A DNA stretch of 64,000 bases from Wickerhamiella versatilis (GCA_030867685.1 JAQOWU010000007.1:2294001-2358000), one strand, 5' to 3'; counted from the stretch's first letter, positions 11,883 through 23,358 are shown. Numbers and translations are program-made. Notes: generated by a model not told the origin, from the letters alone.

Positions 11883-12968
11883 CTATGTAGGGGCCCACGC
11901 AGCAGATAGCATGGACTCAAGTAGTTGCAGGTAGTTCCATCCATCAGCCTTGGCGGCAATCAGACACAGTGAGTCTTGGTTCTCACGGCCAGGACGTCCA
12001 GCGCCTGTCATGTTGGGCTTCATGTTAAGATCAAAGAGAAAATATTGACCACTACTATCAGCACGGCAGTCGATTCTTATGGGTGCTCTCGCCTTAACAA
12101 TCTCAGCAGCCTTTTCGCAGCTCTCAATGACGTGCTGAAAGGCAGGCTGCGTAACCTCGTCGCTAGATACGGCGGTGCTGTTAAAAACAACTGGAACCGA
12201 GCCATTGTATGGTGCGATGCCATTTTCGTGATTTGTACGCCTAACGGGCCGCAATGCCCAGGGCTTAGCGCTCTTAGCACCAGAGAGATTGATACTTCCC
12301 GCGGGCATCACGGTAATTGTAATCTCATCACCATTGAGGCACTGCTCTATCATTAGCGATGCGCCAAATTCCTCATCGGAGAGTAGTTCATTTCCTGCAG
12401 CCACCAGTTCGTCAAATGTGCCGGTTAGAGTGACGCCCTGGCTTCCGCGGCCCCTGATAGGCTTTACGACGAGAGGAAAACTCAAACCATGATATGCAAG
12501 AGTATCCGGAGTCAACTGTTCAAACTGAGGCTTATCAACAATAATTGACTGGGCCACAGACAAACCTTCATCCCGAAGCAGCTGATTGGTAATGTATTTA
12601 TCATCCCTGTCTTGGACATTCGAGGGTTCTTGCCCCACAATATACGTGTTTCCCTGAATATTTTCCAGCGGGTGGCCTCTAAAAACTACGGTATTTGCCC
12701 AGAGCACACCTGCACCCTTGTAAATTGCAGATTCAATGCCCTCAGCTGTATCTGGAAATACCCAATTCAGGGGAACGTTTGCGTTGGGCTCAGGTAGCGG
12801 GGTGACGACTGTGTAGCCACCACGCTTTAGTGCGTAGCCAATATCAGCGCCACTATCCGAGTAGCCCCCAGGCTTTGGGCTCTTCCGCAACCCGCCAATT
12901 GTGGGTGGTGCTAGAGCCTGGTATAGAATAGCAACTTTGTGCCGCATCATGTTCGTCATGACTTTCAT
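11883..12968 (-). CDS. Stand-alone ATP-grasp carboxylate-amine ligase (D-Ala-D-Ala-ligase-like fold), substrate unknown
   Basis: DDKY, FPLVVKPIRGRGSQGV, MIEQCLNGDEITITV, IRIDCR..YFLFDLNMKPNMT ATP-grasp motifs. Confidence 0.85.
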   Translation of the reverse strand: MKVMTNMMRHKVAILYQALAPPTIGGLRKSPKPGGYSDSGADIGYALKRGGYTVVTPLPEPNANVPLNWVFPDTAEGIESAIYKGAGVLWANTVVFRGHPLENIQGNTYIVGQEPSNVQDRDDKYITNQLLRDEGLSVAQSIIVDKPQFEQLTPDTLAYHGLSFPLVVKPIRGRGSQGVTLTGTFDELVAAGNELLSDEEFGASLMIEQCLNGDEITITVMPAGSINLSGAKSAKPWALRPVRRTNHENGIAPYNGSVPVVFNSTAVSSDEVTQPAFQHVIESCEKAAEIVKARAPIRIDCRADSSGQYFLFDLNMKPNMTGAGRPGRENQDSLCLIAAKADGWNYLQLLESMLSAAWAPT

Positions 12969-13684
12969 ATTCTAGCGGAGACCAGAGTAGTCATATGTTA
13001 CTCGTAACCTGACCCTACATAGGTCAAAACAGAGTGTTTGCGACGTCGGCCGAGCTCACATTACTCTTATCTTCCCTGGAATAAAAATGCGATTGCTACA
13101 CAGCATTAGATCATTACACTACAAATGATTTATTCATGGTCATATGATTGGTGCTTACCAGATGGAGAGTGTTTGGCAGGCTACGTACATGATGTTAGGG
13201 TACATGATGTCTCAATCACAAAATTGAGAGACGCAGCACCAATGTAACCACATCAAGAAGCGATTCCCCCCATAAATAGTATCAAGGAAAATTGACACTC
13301 TGGAAAATTCTGCCGTGCAACTATTTTTGACCCTAACAACGCAGCGGATGGTGGCGTGGGCCAATGCACTATGAATAAGCAGTGTTTAGCGAGGTTAAAA
13401 TTTTTGTTCTAGTTTCCGAGTGACTCCGCTACTAATTTTTCAAATTATATCGACTAGTTGGTATATGAACTGAATTTTTGGTTTGAATATCAAATTATCA
13501 TTCCATAGGCGAGACATATCCTCAGACAAATTCCAATCCGGTTCGGAAAGCGAGATCATCCCGGTTCCGATTTGTAAGTATTGACTGCATGATGCTTACC
13601 TTTATAAGTAACACCCATAGGCACGTTGGCAGTACATCTCTTCGCCGCTTTTTTTCGATCATAGAAAGCGTAGGGTAATTTCGA

Positions 13685-16600
13685 ATGAGCGACGAAGAGA
13701 AGAAAATAGTGCATGATGCTGAAAGTAGCAAAAGCAGCGATTTCATGGCAGATGCTAGTGACACTCCAGTGCCATTCCAAGGTCCAGAGACGGACAGGAT
13801 GCGAGATCTCGCCAGGGTTGTAAGTCACTCTAGTACAGCGAACTCGTCGCGTACCTCTGTATTTGGGGATTTTGTGGACCCTTTTTCTTCAGATGACCCC
13901 CGTCTTGACCCGTCATCTCCGGAGTTCGAGGTAAAGTTTTTTGCCAAGAATATGATGCGGATGTTCCGCTCGGATCCTGAACGGTACCCCGAATCCAAGC
14001 TCGGTGTTGCTTTCCGAAATCTCTCCGCGTATGGGTATAGTCAGGATGTGAATTACCAGCTAACTACTGGTAATTTGCCTGTGTGGCTTGCTGAGCAACT
14101 TTTCGCAACGCTCGGAAAAGGCAGTTCTAATAGAGTGGATATCCTGAAACCAATGGATGGCTGCCTTCAACCTAAGGAGCTCTGTGTTGTGCTGGGTCGC
14201 CCCGGTGCTGGGTGTTCCACGTTCCTGCGAACAATTGCAGCACAAACATATGGCTTTAAGTTGGACCCGAACACAAAAATTAGCTACAGTGGCCTCAGTC
14301 AGCAGGAAATTGCCAAGACCTACCGCGGTGATGTTACTTATTGTGCCGAGTCTGAACTGCATTTTCCAACCCTTACTGTAGGCGACACCTTGGGGTTCGC
14401 TGCACGCCTTAAGACCCCTTCAAACAGGGCGCCAGGTATGTCCAGAGTTGAATTTTCTAATTATATGCGTGATGTCGTAATGGCAATGTATGGACTTTCA
14501 CATACCTTCAACACCAGGGTCGGAAACGATATGGTTCGTGGTGTGTCAGGTGGTGAGAGAAAGCGTGTATCAATCGCTGAGCTGGCCATAGCTGGATCTT
14601 GTCTTCAGTGCTGGGATAATTCGACCCGTGGTCTCGATGCTGCTACCGCATTGGAGTTCATTCGAACTTTGCGTTTACAGGCAGAGACAACGAGTAGTAA
14701 CGCTTTCGTCGCTGTCTACCAGGCATCTGAAGAAATGTTCGAGCTTTTCGACAAGGCTCTTGTTCTTTACGAGGGTTATCAAATCTACTTCGGCCCGATT
14801 TCTGAAGCGAGGCAGTTTTTCTACGATATGGGTTGGCAGCCAAAGCCGCGCCAGTCTACGCCAGATTTTCTCACTTCCTTATCTCAGCCCTCTGAGAGAT
14901 TGCCTAGGAAGGGATTCGAGGACAAGGTTCCCCACACTGGGGAACAGTTCTACGAGTTGTGGCGACAATCGAAGCTTTACCAGGAATGTGTAGCCGAAGC
15001 AGATGATTTCATTGAGAACAATAGTAGCTCTGATCCAGCGAGTGATTTTAAGGATGCTTTTCAGAAGCGTAAAGCGAAGAGCTTACCTCCTTCAGTCGCG
15101 TACACAGTATCGTGGACTGAACAAATCAAGATGTTGTGTTGGCGCGGCTTCAAACGCATGCGCGGCTCGCCAGAAATGACTGTTATCACGATATTTATGC
15201 AAGTGGTTATGGGGTTTGTTGTGGGATCGATGTTCTACAACTTGGACTATGATACAGCGAGTTTTTATAGCCGCACTGCAGTCGTATTCTTTGCGCTTTT
15301 ATTTAATGCGTTCTCTGTAATGCTTGAGATTTTTGCTGTTTTTGAGGCTCGTCCGATTGTTCAGAAGCATCATATGTATGCGTTTTATCATCCGGCTATC
15401 GATGCTATTGCCTCTATCTTTACCGAAATGCCGGTCAAGATTCTGACATGTCTGGCATTTAACCTCACCTTGTACTTCATTGTAAATCTCCGTCGTGAAG
15501 CAGGAAACTTCTTCTACTATCTCCTCATGATGTTTACTGCCACATTGTTCATGTCTCATCTATTCCGCACATTAGCTGGTTTTACTAACAGTGTGCCGGA
15601 GGCTATGGTACCTGCAAATGTGTGTCTTCTTGTACTTGTTATTTTCACCGGATTTGTGATACCCACTACACGAATGCACGGGTGGTGCCGTTGGTTGAAC
15701 TACTTGGATCCGTTGGCTTATGCCTACGAGGGGCTTATGACAAACGAGTTCCATAACAAAAACTATACATGCACCAATAATAACGTGACTTCGCAGTTTA
15801 TTCCCTATCCGCCTAATGTTGCGGCCCAAAAGGGATCAAATACCAGTTTTGTATGCCAACCTGTGGGCGCCAAGCCAGGCTTGACAACTGTTCTTGGTGA
15901 TGATTATCTAAATGAGCAATATTCTTACAGATTTTCTCACCAGTGGCGCAATTGGGGTATCATGATGGGTTTCACATTTTTCTCACTGTTCACGTATATG
16001 CTACTAGTCTACCTGAACCCAGGTGCACGAACCAAGGGCGAAGTACTGGTATATCCCCGAAATGTACTTCGTCGTATGTTGAAACAACGGAAACAACACC
16101 CAGAGGAGTTTGAACAGAAGGAGAAAGAAAATGTGATGCTTGATGCTAGTGAGATAGATCGAAAGCAGCAGGATATGGCTGCGAACCTCCTTGAGGCTTC
16201 TGATGAAGTATTCTACTGGAAAGATTTATGCTACGACATTAAAATCAAGGGTGAACCGAGGCGACTCCTCAACTATGTGGATGGTTGGGTGAAGCCGGGT
16301 ACAACAACTGCTCTGATGGGTGCTTCAGGTGCAGGTAAAACCACACTTCTTGATACTCTTGCGAATCGTGTTACAATGGGCGTCGTTCACGGGCAGCTTT
16401 TCGTAAATGGAATTCCCCGTGATGATGGCTTTCAGCGATCAACTGGCTATGCCATGCAGCAAGATCTTCATCTTGAAACTTCGACTGTCCGCGAAGCTCT
16501 TGTATTTTCGGCTGTCTTGCGTCAACCTCATTCAGTACCATACCAAGAAAAGGTTGACTACGTCGACAATGTTCTCAAGATTTTGGAAATGGAAGACTAC

Positions 16601-18262
16601 GCAGATGCGGTTGTGGGTGTTCCTGGTGCCGGTCTAAACGTAGAACAGCGTAAGCGCCTCACTATTGGCGTGGAGCTCGCCGCCAAGCCAAAGCTGCTGC
16701 TTTTCTTGGATGAACCAACATCGGGATTGGACTCTCAGACGGCCTGGTCGGTGTGCCAACTCATTAAGAAATTGTCCAGTGCCGGACAAGCTATCTTGTG
16801 TACAATTCATCAACCCTCAGCCTTGCTAATAGAGCAGTTTGATCGGTTGCTTTTCTTAGCTCGCGGTGGTAGAACAGTCTATTTTGGTGATATTGGTGCA
16901 GGATGCAAGACTTTGATCAACTATTTCGAATCTAAAGGCAGCCAGCCCTGCCCTGAGGATGCGAACCCAGCAGAGTGGATTCTTGATGTAGTGGGTGCGG
17001 CACCAGGTTCGAAGGCACTACAAGACTGGCCTAATGTTTGGTTACACAGTGAAGAGCGTAAAGCTGTTCGCGCTGAAATTTCTAGAATGATGACAGAGTT
17101 TGGTGCCGACATTCACAATGCCAACCCTGACAAGGAAAGTAAGAAAGAGTTCGCCGCGCCACTGTGGCAGCAGTACCTTGTAGTTTTGAAACGCATCTTG
17201 CAGCAGTATTGGCGAACTCCATCTTATATCTGGGCTAAAGTTGCACTTAATGTATTCAATGCTCTTTTCAATGGTTTCGTATTCTTTAAGGCTGATTTGT
17301 CGCTTCAAGGCATGCAAAATCTAATGTTCTCGGTTTTCATGTTTACGGTGTGTTTACCTACTATGATCCAGCAATATTTGCCAACATTTGTTGCCGCTCG
17401 TAACTTGTATGAAGCGCGGGAGCGTCCTTCGAAGATCTTTTCATGGAAGGCATTTATGCTGTCAATTCTCACTGCTGAAATGCCCTTCCAGATTGTAGTT
17501 GGTACTCTTGCGTTCTTGTGTTGGTATTATCCTGCCGGCTTTTATAGTATTGCTGACAATCCAGTTGTTGAAGGAAGCAATGGTAACATCACACAAATTG
17601 GAAGTCAGATGACTCAACGTGCCGGTCTTGTGTACTTCTACATTATTCTGTTCTATATCTTCGGCCCCACCCTTGGTCAGCTAGTCGTTGCTCCTATGGG
17701 CGATGCAGATGCTGCGAGTAACATTGGTATGATGTTCTTTTCTTTAAGTTTAATGTTCTGTGGTGTTTTGAGAACCAAAGATGAGATGCCAGGGTTCTGG
17801 AAATTCATGTATCGCGTCTCCCCCTTTACATATTGGATTGGCGGCGTTCTTGGTCTTGCCATTTCCAATAGCCATGTGACATGTGAGGATAACGAATTGA
17901 AGAAGATGATGCCGCCAAGTGGCATGAGCTGTGAGGAATATTTCAGTGATTATCTCAAAAAAGCTAACAGTCAGATGCCGGGAGCTGCTGGAGATCTTAG
18001 TACCGCATCTGATGGCTCATGTCAGTATTGCCCCACGGGATCTACTAATGCTTTCCTCGGAAGTGTTAACATTTTCTACCACGATAGATGGCGTAACTTC
18101 GGCATTTTCTGGGCATATATCGCCTTCAATATCTTCATGTGTACCCTCCTGTACTATCTTGCCCGTGTGCCTAAGAAATCCAGTCGAGTTGCTGAGCCGA
18201 CTGAAGCGGAGCTGAAAGCTGATGATCTGGCCTTAGAACAGGAAAATGCGGCGCAACACTAA
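13685..18262 (+). CDS. PDR-type (ABCG) full-size ABC transporter, tandem copy 1
   Basis: NBD1 GRPGAGCST, VSGGERKRVSIAE, CWDNSTRGLD; NBD2 GASGAGKTT, LNVEQRKRLTIGVEL, FLDEPTSGLDSQ. Confidence 0.97.
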   Translation: MSDEEKKIVHDAESSKSSDFMADASDTPVPFQGPETDRMRDLARVVSHSSTANSSRTSVFGDFVDPFSSDDPRLDPSSPEFEVKFFAKNMMRMFRSDPERYPESKLGVAFRNLSAYGYSQDVNYQLTTGNLPVWLAEQLFATLGKGSSNRVDILKPMDGCLQPKELCVVLGRPGAGCSTFLRTIAAQTYGFKLDPNTKISYSGLSQQEIAKTYRGDVTYCAESELHFPTLTVGDTLGFAARLKTPSNRAPGMSRVEFSNYMRDVVMAMYGLSHTFNTRVGNDMVRGVSGGERKRVSIAELAIAGSCLQCWDNSTRGLDAATALEFIRTLRLQAETTSSNAFVAVYQASEEMFELFDKALVLYEGYQIYFGPISEARQFFYDMGWQPKPRQSTPDFLTSLSQPSERLPRKGFEDKVPHTGEQFYELWRQSKLYQECVAEADDFIENNSSSDPASDFKDAFQKRKAKSLPPSVAYTVSWTEQIKMLCWRGFKRMRGSPEMTVITIFMQVVMGFVVGSMFYNLDYDTASFYSRTAVVFFALLFNAFSVMLEIFAVFEARPIVQKHHMYAFYHPAIDAIASIFTEMPVKILTCLAFNLTLYFIVNLRREAGNFFYYLLMMFTATLFMSHLFRTLAGFTNSVPEAMVPANVCLLVLVIFTGFVIPTTRMHGWCRWLNYLDPLAYAYEGLMTNEFHNKNYTCTNNNVTSQFIPYPPNVAAQKGSNTSFVCQPVGAKPGLTTVLGDDYLNEQYSYRFSHQWRNWGIMMGFTFFSLFTYMLLVYLNPGARTKGEVLVYPRNVLRRMLKQRKQHPEEFEQKEKENVMLDASEIDRKQQDMAANLLEASDEVFYWKDLCYDIKIKGEPRRLLNYVDGWVKPGTTTALMGASGAGKTTLLDTLANRVTMGVVHGQLFVNGIPRDDGFQRSTGYAMQQDLHLETSTVREALVFSAVLRQPHSVPYQEKVDYVDNVLKILEMEDYADAVVGVPGAGLNVEQRKRLTIGVELAAKPKLLLFLDEPTSGLDSQTAWSVCQLIKKLSSAGQAILCTIHQPSALLIEQFDRLLFLARGGRTVYFGDIGAGCKTLINYFESKGSQPCPEDANPAEWILDVVGAAPGSKALQDWPNVWLHSEERKAVRAEISRMMTEFGADIHNANPDKESKKEFAAPLWQQYLVVLKRILQQYWRTPSYIWAKVALNVFNALFNGFVFFKADLSLQGMQNLMFSVFMFTVCLPTMIQQYLPTFVAARNLYEARERPSKIFSWKAFMLSILTAEMPFQIVVGTLAFLCWYYPAGFYSIADNPVVEGSNGNITQIGSQMTQRAGLVYFYIILFYIFGPTLGQLVVAPMGDADAASNIGMMFFSLSLMFCGVLRTKDEMPGFWKFMYRVSPFTYWIGGVLGLAISNSHVTCEDNELKKMMPPSGMSCEEYFSDYLKKANSQMPGAAGDLSTASDGSCQYCPTGSTNAFLGSVNIFYHDRWRNFGIFWAYIAFNIFMCTLLYYLARVPKKSSRVAEPTEAELKADDLALEQENAAQH

Positions 18263-18520
18263 TCAGTAATATACCACTCTTTTGAAAGCTGGGCACTCCA
18301 TAATACCCGGATTTCATTCATATAATAATCAATATAGAACTAATTTTTTTCTGCCTGATCCCGCACTATTATGATCGTTTCCAAGTGAATAGCTTCTAGA
18401 CAGGTCTTTCATAAATACAGAAGATCCCTAAGAACGCGCTTGTCTAGGACATTGCAGTTTCTCTTGGTGTAATATCGTGAAGGTGAGTATTGTAACACCC
18501 ACACCCACGCCCACTTACAA

Positions 18521-18545
18521 TGGTTGGGCAATGCAAGATAGCCCA
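18521..18545 (-). repeat. Dispersed 25-bp element, copy 2
   Basis: Reverse complement reads TGGGCTATCTTGCATTGCCCAACCA (1 mismatch to copy 1). Confidence 0.88.
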
Positions 18546-18833
18546 TTTTATTGTACATAGGGAATAATATTCAAACCTGCCGACAAGTGAAAGGCAAGTA
18601 TATATTTATTTGTTTATAACCGAATATAATCTTATTATCAAGAAGATACAAATAGATTGCCATACTACAAATAAGCTGAAACTGCTGTAGTGCTAGTGGT
18701 AAGCAAAAACCTTGTAGGCCTTAAAGCTTTCGTGATAGTGGAAAACTATATTACATAATCTATTGTTTTATCGGCTTCATTGTTTTTGTCTTCAGGTTTT
18801 CGAAAGCCGTACAGCTATAGTTAAAGCGGAAAC

Positions 18834-21800
18834 ATGGCTGGGAGGGTAGAAGGTCTGGCCACTCCAAAAGATACAAATAGCACGGATTCTATCCCGGATT
18901 CAAATGCTGTGCGTAATGTTGCTCGTCAAAAGAGAGATCTTTACTATAGCGAAAAGTCCTCGAGAGATTTAAATATGGACTTCCTGGAAAATCCATTCGC
19001 GTCTTCAAATCCTCTCCTTGATCCGAGAAGCCCAGACTTTAGTGCTCAATATTATGCCCGCTGCCTGATGCAGCTTTACCGGGCCGATCCTGAGCGATAT
19101 CCTGAGTCAAAGCTCGGGGTAGCTTTCCAGAACCTTTCAGCTTATGGATATAACCAAGAAAACAACTACCAACTCACTGCTGGAAACCTCTTGCTTTGGC
19201 TCTCAGAGCGGGCTTACGGGGTTTTAAGTGGAAACAGAGGTACAGAGGTAGAGATTCTCAAACCCATGGATGGATGTATAAATCCCGGTGAAATGTGCGT
19301 AGTCCTAGGTCGTCCAGGTGCTGGATGCTCCACATTTTTGCGGACAATTGCATCACAAACACATGGGTTTAATATTGGCACTGAAAGCACCATAGACTAT
19401 GGAGGCTTGCGTGCAAAAGATATCCGTAGCAAGTACCGAGGTGAAGTTACTTACTGTGCCGAAAATGAGTTACATTTTCCCACTTTAACTGTTGGCGAGA
19501 CTTTGGAATTTGCGGCTCGAATGAGAACGCCGAGAAATAGTGTACCTGGATTAAGTCGCCATGAGTACGCAATTTTCATGCGAGATGTCATTATGGCCAT
19601 GTATGGTCTATCACATACTGTAAATACAAAGGTGGGTGATGATATTATTCACGGGGTATCTGGTGGTGAACGGAAGCGCGTTTCAATAGCTGAGCTTGCG
19701 CTTAGTGGCGCATCGCTCCAATGCTGGGATAATTCAACGCGTGGGCTGGACTCTGCCACTGCACTTGAGTTCATCCGAACATTGCGGTTGCAGGGAGAAA
19801 CCTTCAATACGACCTCTCTCGTGGCGGTATACCAGGCTTCAGAAGAAATGTTCTCACTTTTTGACAAAGTGATTGTACTCTATGATGGCTATCAAATCTA
19901 TTTTGGGCCGATATCGCACGCCCGTCAGTATTTTTTTGATATGGGATGGGAGCCTAAACCCAGGCAATCCACACCGGACTTTCTTACCTCGCTGTCCCAA
20001 CCAGCAGAACGACGAGCGAGAAAGGGGTGGGAAGACTTGGTACCCGTGACGGCAGCCCAGTTCAATGAAAAATGGCATCAGTCACAATTGCATAAATTAT
20101 CCCTAAGTGAAATCCATGATTTTAGCAAGAATTTTAATCGTGATTCACTGGCCTTGATGAAGTTTGAGGAAGCATATCAAAGTGCAAAATCTCGGTGGAT
20201 GCCTGATAAACTTCCTTACATGATATCTTTCCAGGAACAGATTGCTGCGCTTTGCCAACGTGGCTGGCGGCGTATACTGGGCGCACCTGAAAATGCGCTA
20301 ACCTATGTTATGGGCCAGGTGGTTATGTCCTTTGTGATAGCATCAATTTTCTATAACATGCCCGAGGCAACAAGTAGCTTCTACCACCGTACGTCAATTG
20401 TATTCTTTGCATTGCTTTTCAATGCTATGTTTGCTGAAGCTGAAATATTCACAGTTTTTGAAACTCGCAAAATAGTTGCAAAGCACTATTCCTATGCTTT
20501 TTACCATCCTACAGTCGATGCTATAGCATCTCTTATAATGGACATGCCTCAGAGGGTCGTGGCTTGCATTCTATCTAATACAGCCTTATATTTTCTCTCT
20601 AATTTACGGAGAGAGCCTGGGAACTACTTTTTTTTCCTGTTGATTATGTTTTGGAGTATACTTGTAATGTCACACCTCTTCAGGACGTTAGCCGCCTGCA
20701 CAAATACGATTCCTGAATCAATGGTACCGGCAAATATTGTAATATTATGCATGACCCTTTTCATTGGATTTGTGGTTCCGGTAACTCGAATGCACGGTTG
20801 GTGTCGCTGGATTAACTATTTGAATCCACTTGCGTACAGTTATGAGGCCCTAATGTCGAATGAATTCCATGACCGGGAATTCACGTGCTCGCAATTTTAT
20901 CCATATTCCCCCGATCAAGGTGCTACAGGGAAAGGTTACGTTTGCTCGGCAGCCGGCTCCATGCCTGGTGACACTACAGTATCTGGTGATCGATATCTTG
21001 CCACTCAGTATGAATACTATTTTGCTCATCAATGGCGAAATCTCGGTATCATTATAGGTTTTTCGTTTTTTTTTCTGGCTACCTACTTGCTCGCCATTTA
21101 TTTGAATCCAGGAGAACAAACCACTGGTGAGGTGCTTGTTTTCCCCCGTAAAATTCTTCGCCGAATCATTAAAAATCGGAGCAGTGTACTTGAGGATGTA
21201 AAAGAAAATGAAGGAGCCGTGGCCATGTCAGATTCAGATTATGAGATGCACCAGCAGGACATTGCCAGACGCTTGCTTGATGCGTCGAACGATGTTTTCT
21301 ATTGGAAGGATGTTTGTTACGATATCAAAATTAAAGGAAAACCTCGTAGGATCCTCAGTTATGTGGATGGATGGGTCAAACCGGGCACCACAACTGCGTT
21401 GATGGGAGCAACAGGCGCAGGTAAAACAACTTTACTCGACACCTTGGCTAGTCGTGTCACAATGGGTGTTGTACATGGCCAAATCCTTATAAACGGTTTG
21501 CCGCGAGGTGAAGGATTTCAGCGTACAACGGGTTATGCCATGCAACAAGACTTACATCTAGACACCTCCACGGTTCGCGAAGCTCTTGTATTTTCAGCTG
21601 TCCTTAGACAGCCTTATTCAACCCCTTATAAGGAAAAAATCAAATATGTGGACAATGTCCTTGAGGTACTAGAGATGAATGCCTATGCTGATGCGGTAAT
21701 CGGCACACCAGGTGCTGGTCTCAACGTGGAGCAACGTAAAAGATTAACAATTGGTGTTGAACTTGCAGCGAAGCCCAAGCTCTTGTTGTTTCTGGACGAA

Positions 21801-23300
21801 CCTACCTCTGGACTTGATTCACAAACTGCTTGGTCAGTCTGCCAGCTGATAAAGAAGCTATCCAACGCCGGGCAGGCGATTTTATGCACAATTCATCAGC
21901 CCTCTGCTCTGCTACTCGAGCAATTTGACCGCCTGTTATTTTTAGCTGCCGGGGGAAAAACAGTTTACTTTGGAAATATTGGAAGTAATTGCCATGATCT
22001 TATCACGTATTTTGAATCTAATGGTAGCCAGCCATGTCCTCCAGATGCGAATCCGGCAGAATGGATATTGGAGGTTGTTGGTGCAGCACCGGGATCGCAT
22101 GCATTACGAGACTGGCCAAATTTATGGCTACATAGCTCTGAAAGACAAGCTGTTCGTCAAGAGATCGATACCATGATGCAAAAGCATGCTGAAAATAGGC
22201 AGCTAACAGCAGATGGCGTGGATTATGATGCGAAGCAGCAGGAGTTTGCCGCTCCATTTTGGTTGCAGTTCGTGATGGTTTTGCAGCGTGTGTTGCAGCA
22301 ATACTGGCGCACGCCTAGTTATATTTGGGCAAAAGCATTTCTTAATATTTTTAGTGCTCTCTTTAATGGATTTGTATTTTTCAAGGCGGATACATCACTT
22401 CAAGGGCTGCAAAACCTTATGTTTTCCATATTCGTATTCACACTTGCTTTGACAGCGATAGTTCAGCAATACCTCCCCGTCTTCGAGGAAGCTCGTAATC
22501 TCTATGAAGCCCGCGAGCGACCGTCTAAAATATTGTCCTGGAAAGTTTTCCTGCTTGCAATGCTCTCTGCCGAATTACCCTGGCAGATTTTATTAGGAAC
22601 TCTGTCTTTCTTATGCTGGTATTATCCTGCCGGCTTGTACCAAGAAGCCCAGTATAATGGGCAGGTTTCTGAGCGCGGGGCTATCACGTTTCTTTATGTG
22701 GTGCTTTTTTTCATATTTTCCACATCCTTAGCCCAGATCTGCATAGCGCCTCTGCGGGATGCTCATACAGCCACAAGTATTTCTACTTTGTTGTTTACCT
22801 TTACACTTATATTTGCTGGTGTGCTTGCAACCCCTCAAGATTTCCCAGGATTTTGGATATTCATGTATAGAGTTTCACCAAATACCTATTGGATAGGTGG
22901 AATGATGAGTGCTGGTGTTGCAAATGCTCCAGTCCGATGTGAAGATCGCGAAATTGTCCTGGTATACCCTCCACAGCAACAAAGTTGCAATGATTATTTC
23001 AAAGAATTCTTCAATAATGGCGGTACTGGCTATATTCGAGAAGAGGCGGATGGAGCTTGTGGATACTGTGCTGCATCAGAAACTAATGTTTTCTTGGAGT
23101 CGTATAATATCAAATATAGCGACCGCTGGCGTAACTTTGGGATACTGTGGGCTTATGTCGGATTCAACATACTGGCTAGTCTAGTACTCTACTACTTAGC
23201 TCGTGTTCCAAAATCAAAAAGTCGCGTGGTTAAACCCACGGAAAAAGAATCAGCTGTCAAAGATGCTGCTTTGGAGGAATCAAATGCGGTGGAGCATTAG
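18834..23300 (+). CDS. PDR-type (ABCG) full-size ABC transporter, tandem copy 2
   Basis: Same PDR signature motifs; collinear paralog of 13685-18262. Confidence 0.97.
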   Translation: MAGRVEGLATPKDTNSTDSIPDSNAVRNVARQKRDLYYSEKSSRDLNMDFLENPFASSNPLLDPRSPDFSAQYYARCLMQLYRADPERYPESKLGVAFQNLSAYGYNQENNYQLTAGNLLLWLSERAYGVLSGNRGTEVEILKPMDGCINPGEMCVVLGRPGAGCSTFLRTIASQTHGFNIGTESTIDYGGLRAKDIRSKYRGEVTYCAENELHFPTLTVGETLEFAARMRTPRNSVPGLSRHEYAIFMRDVIMAMYGLSHTVNTKVGDDIIHGVSGGERKRVSIAELALSGASLQCWDNSTRGLDSATALEFIRTLRLQGETFNTTSLVAVYQASEEMFSLFDKVIVLYDGYQIYFGPISHARQYFFDMGWEPKPRQSTPDFLTSLSQPAERRARKGWEDLVPVTAAQFNEKWHQSQLHKLSLSEIHDFSKNFNRDSLALMKFEEAYQSAKSRWMPDKLPYMISFQEQIAALCQRGWRRILGAPENALTYVMGQVVMSFVIASIFYNMPEATSSFYHRTSIVFFALLFNAMFAEAEIFTVFETRKIVAKHYSYAFYHPTVDAIASLIMDMPQRVVACILSNTALYFLSNLRREPGNYFFFLLIMFWSILVMSHLFRTLAACTNTIPESMVPANIVILCMTLFIGFVVPVTRMHGWCRWINYLNPLAYSYEALMSNEFHDREFTCSQFYPYSPDQGATGKGYVCSAAGSMPGDTTVSGDRYLATQYEYYFAHQWRNLGIIIGFSFFFLATYLLAIYLNPGEQTTGEVLVFPRKILRRIIKNRSSVLEDVKENEGAVAMSDSDYEMHQQDIARRLLDASNDVFYWKDVCYDIKIKGKPRRILSYVDGWVKPGTTTALMGATGAGKTTLLDTLASRVTMGVVHGQILINGLPRGEGFQRTTGYAMQQDLHLDTSTVREALVFSAVLRQPYSTPYKEKIKYVDNVLEVLEMNAYADAVIGTPGAGLNVEQRKRLTIGVELAAKPKLLLFLDEPTSGLDSQTAWSVCQLIKKLSNAGQAILCTIHQPSALLLEQFDRLLFLAAGGKTVYFGNIGSNCHDLITYFESNGSQPCPPDANPAEWILEVVGAAPGSHALRDWPNLWLHSSERQAVRQEIDTMMQKHAENRQLTADGVDYDAKQQEFAAPFWLQFVMVLQRVLQQYWRTPSYIWAKAFLNIFSALFNGFVFFKADTSLQGLQNLMFSIFVFTLALTAIVQQYLPVFEEARNLYEARERPSKILSWKVFLLAMLSAELPWQILLGTLSFLCWYYPAGLYQEAQYNGQVSERGAITFLYVVLFFIFSTSLAQICIAPLRDAHTATSISTLLFTFTLIFAGVLATPQDFPGFWIFMYRVSPNTYWIGGMMSAGVANAPVRCEDREIVLVYPPQQQSCNDYFKEFFNNGGTGYIREEADGACGYCAASETNVFLESYNIKYSDRWRNFGILWAYVGFNILASLVLYYLARVPKSKSRVVKPTEKESAVKDAALEESNAVEH

Positions 23301-23358
23301 AGTTCGTATCTCTTGCAATGAAGGAAAACGATAGTTAATCTAATTTTGAAGCCTTAAT

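Noticed and set aside
13186-13210. Direct repeat GTACATGATGT x2 (also ATCGAGTAAAA x2 near 41105)
   Set aside because: Isolated two-copy micro-duplications with no further structure.
18491-18545. LTR end (..TTACA) followed by a TGG primer-binding site
   Set aside because: No LTR-length sequence, no gag/pol remnant, and the other three copies of the 25-mer lack the preceding CA.
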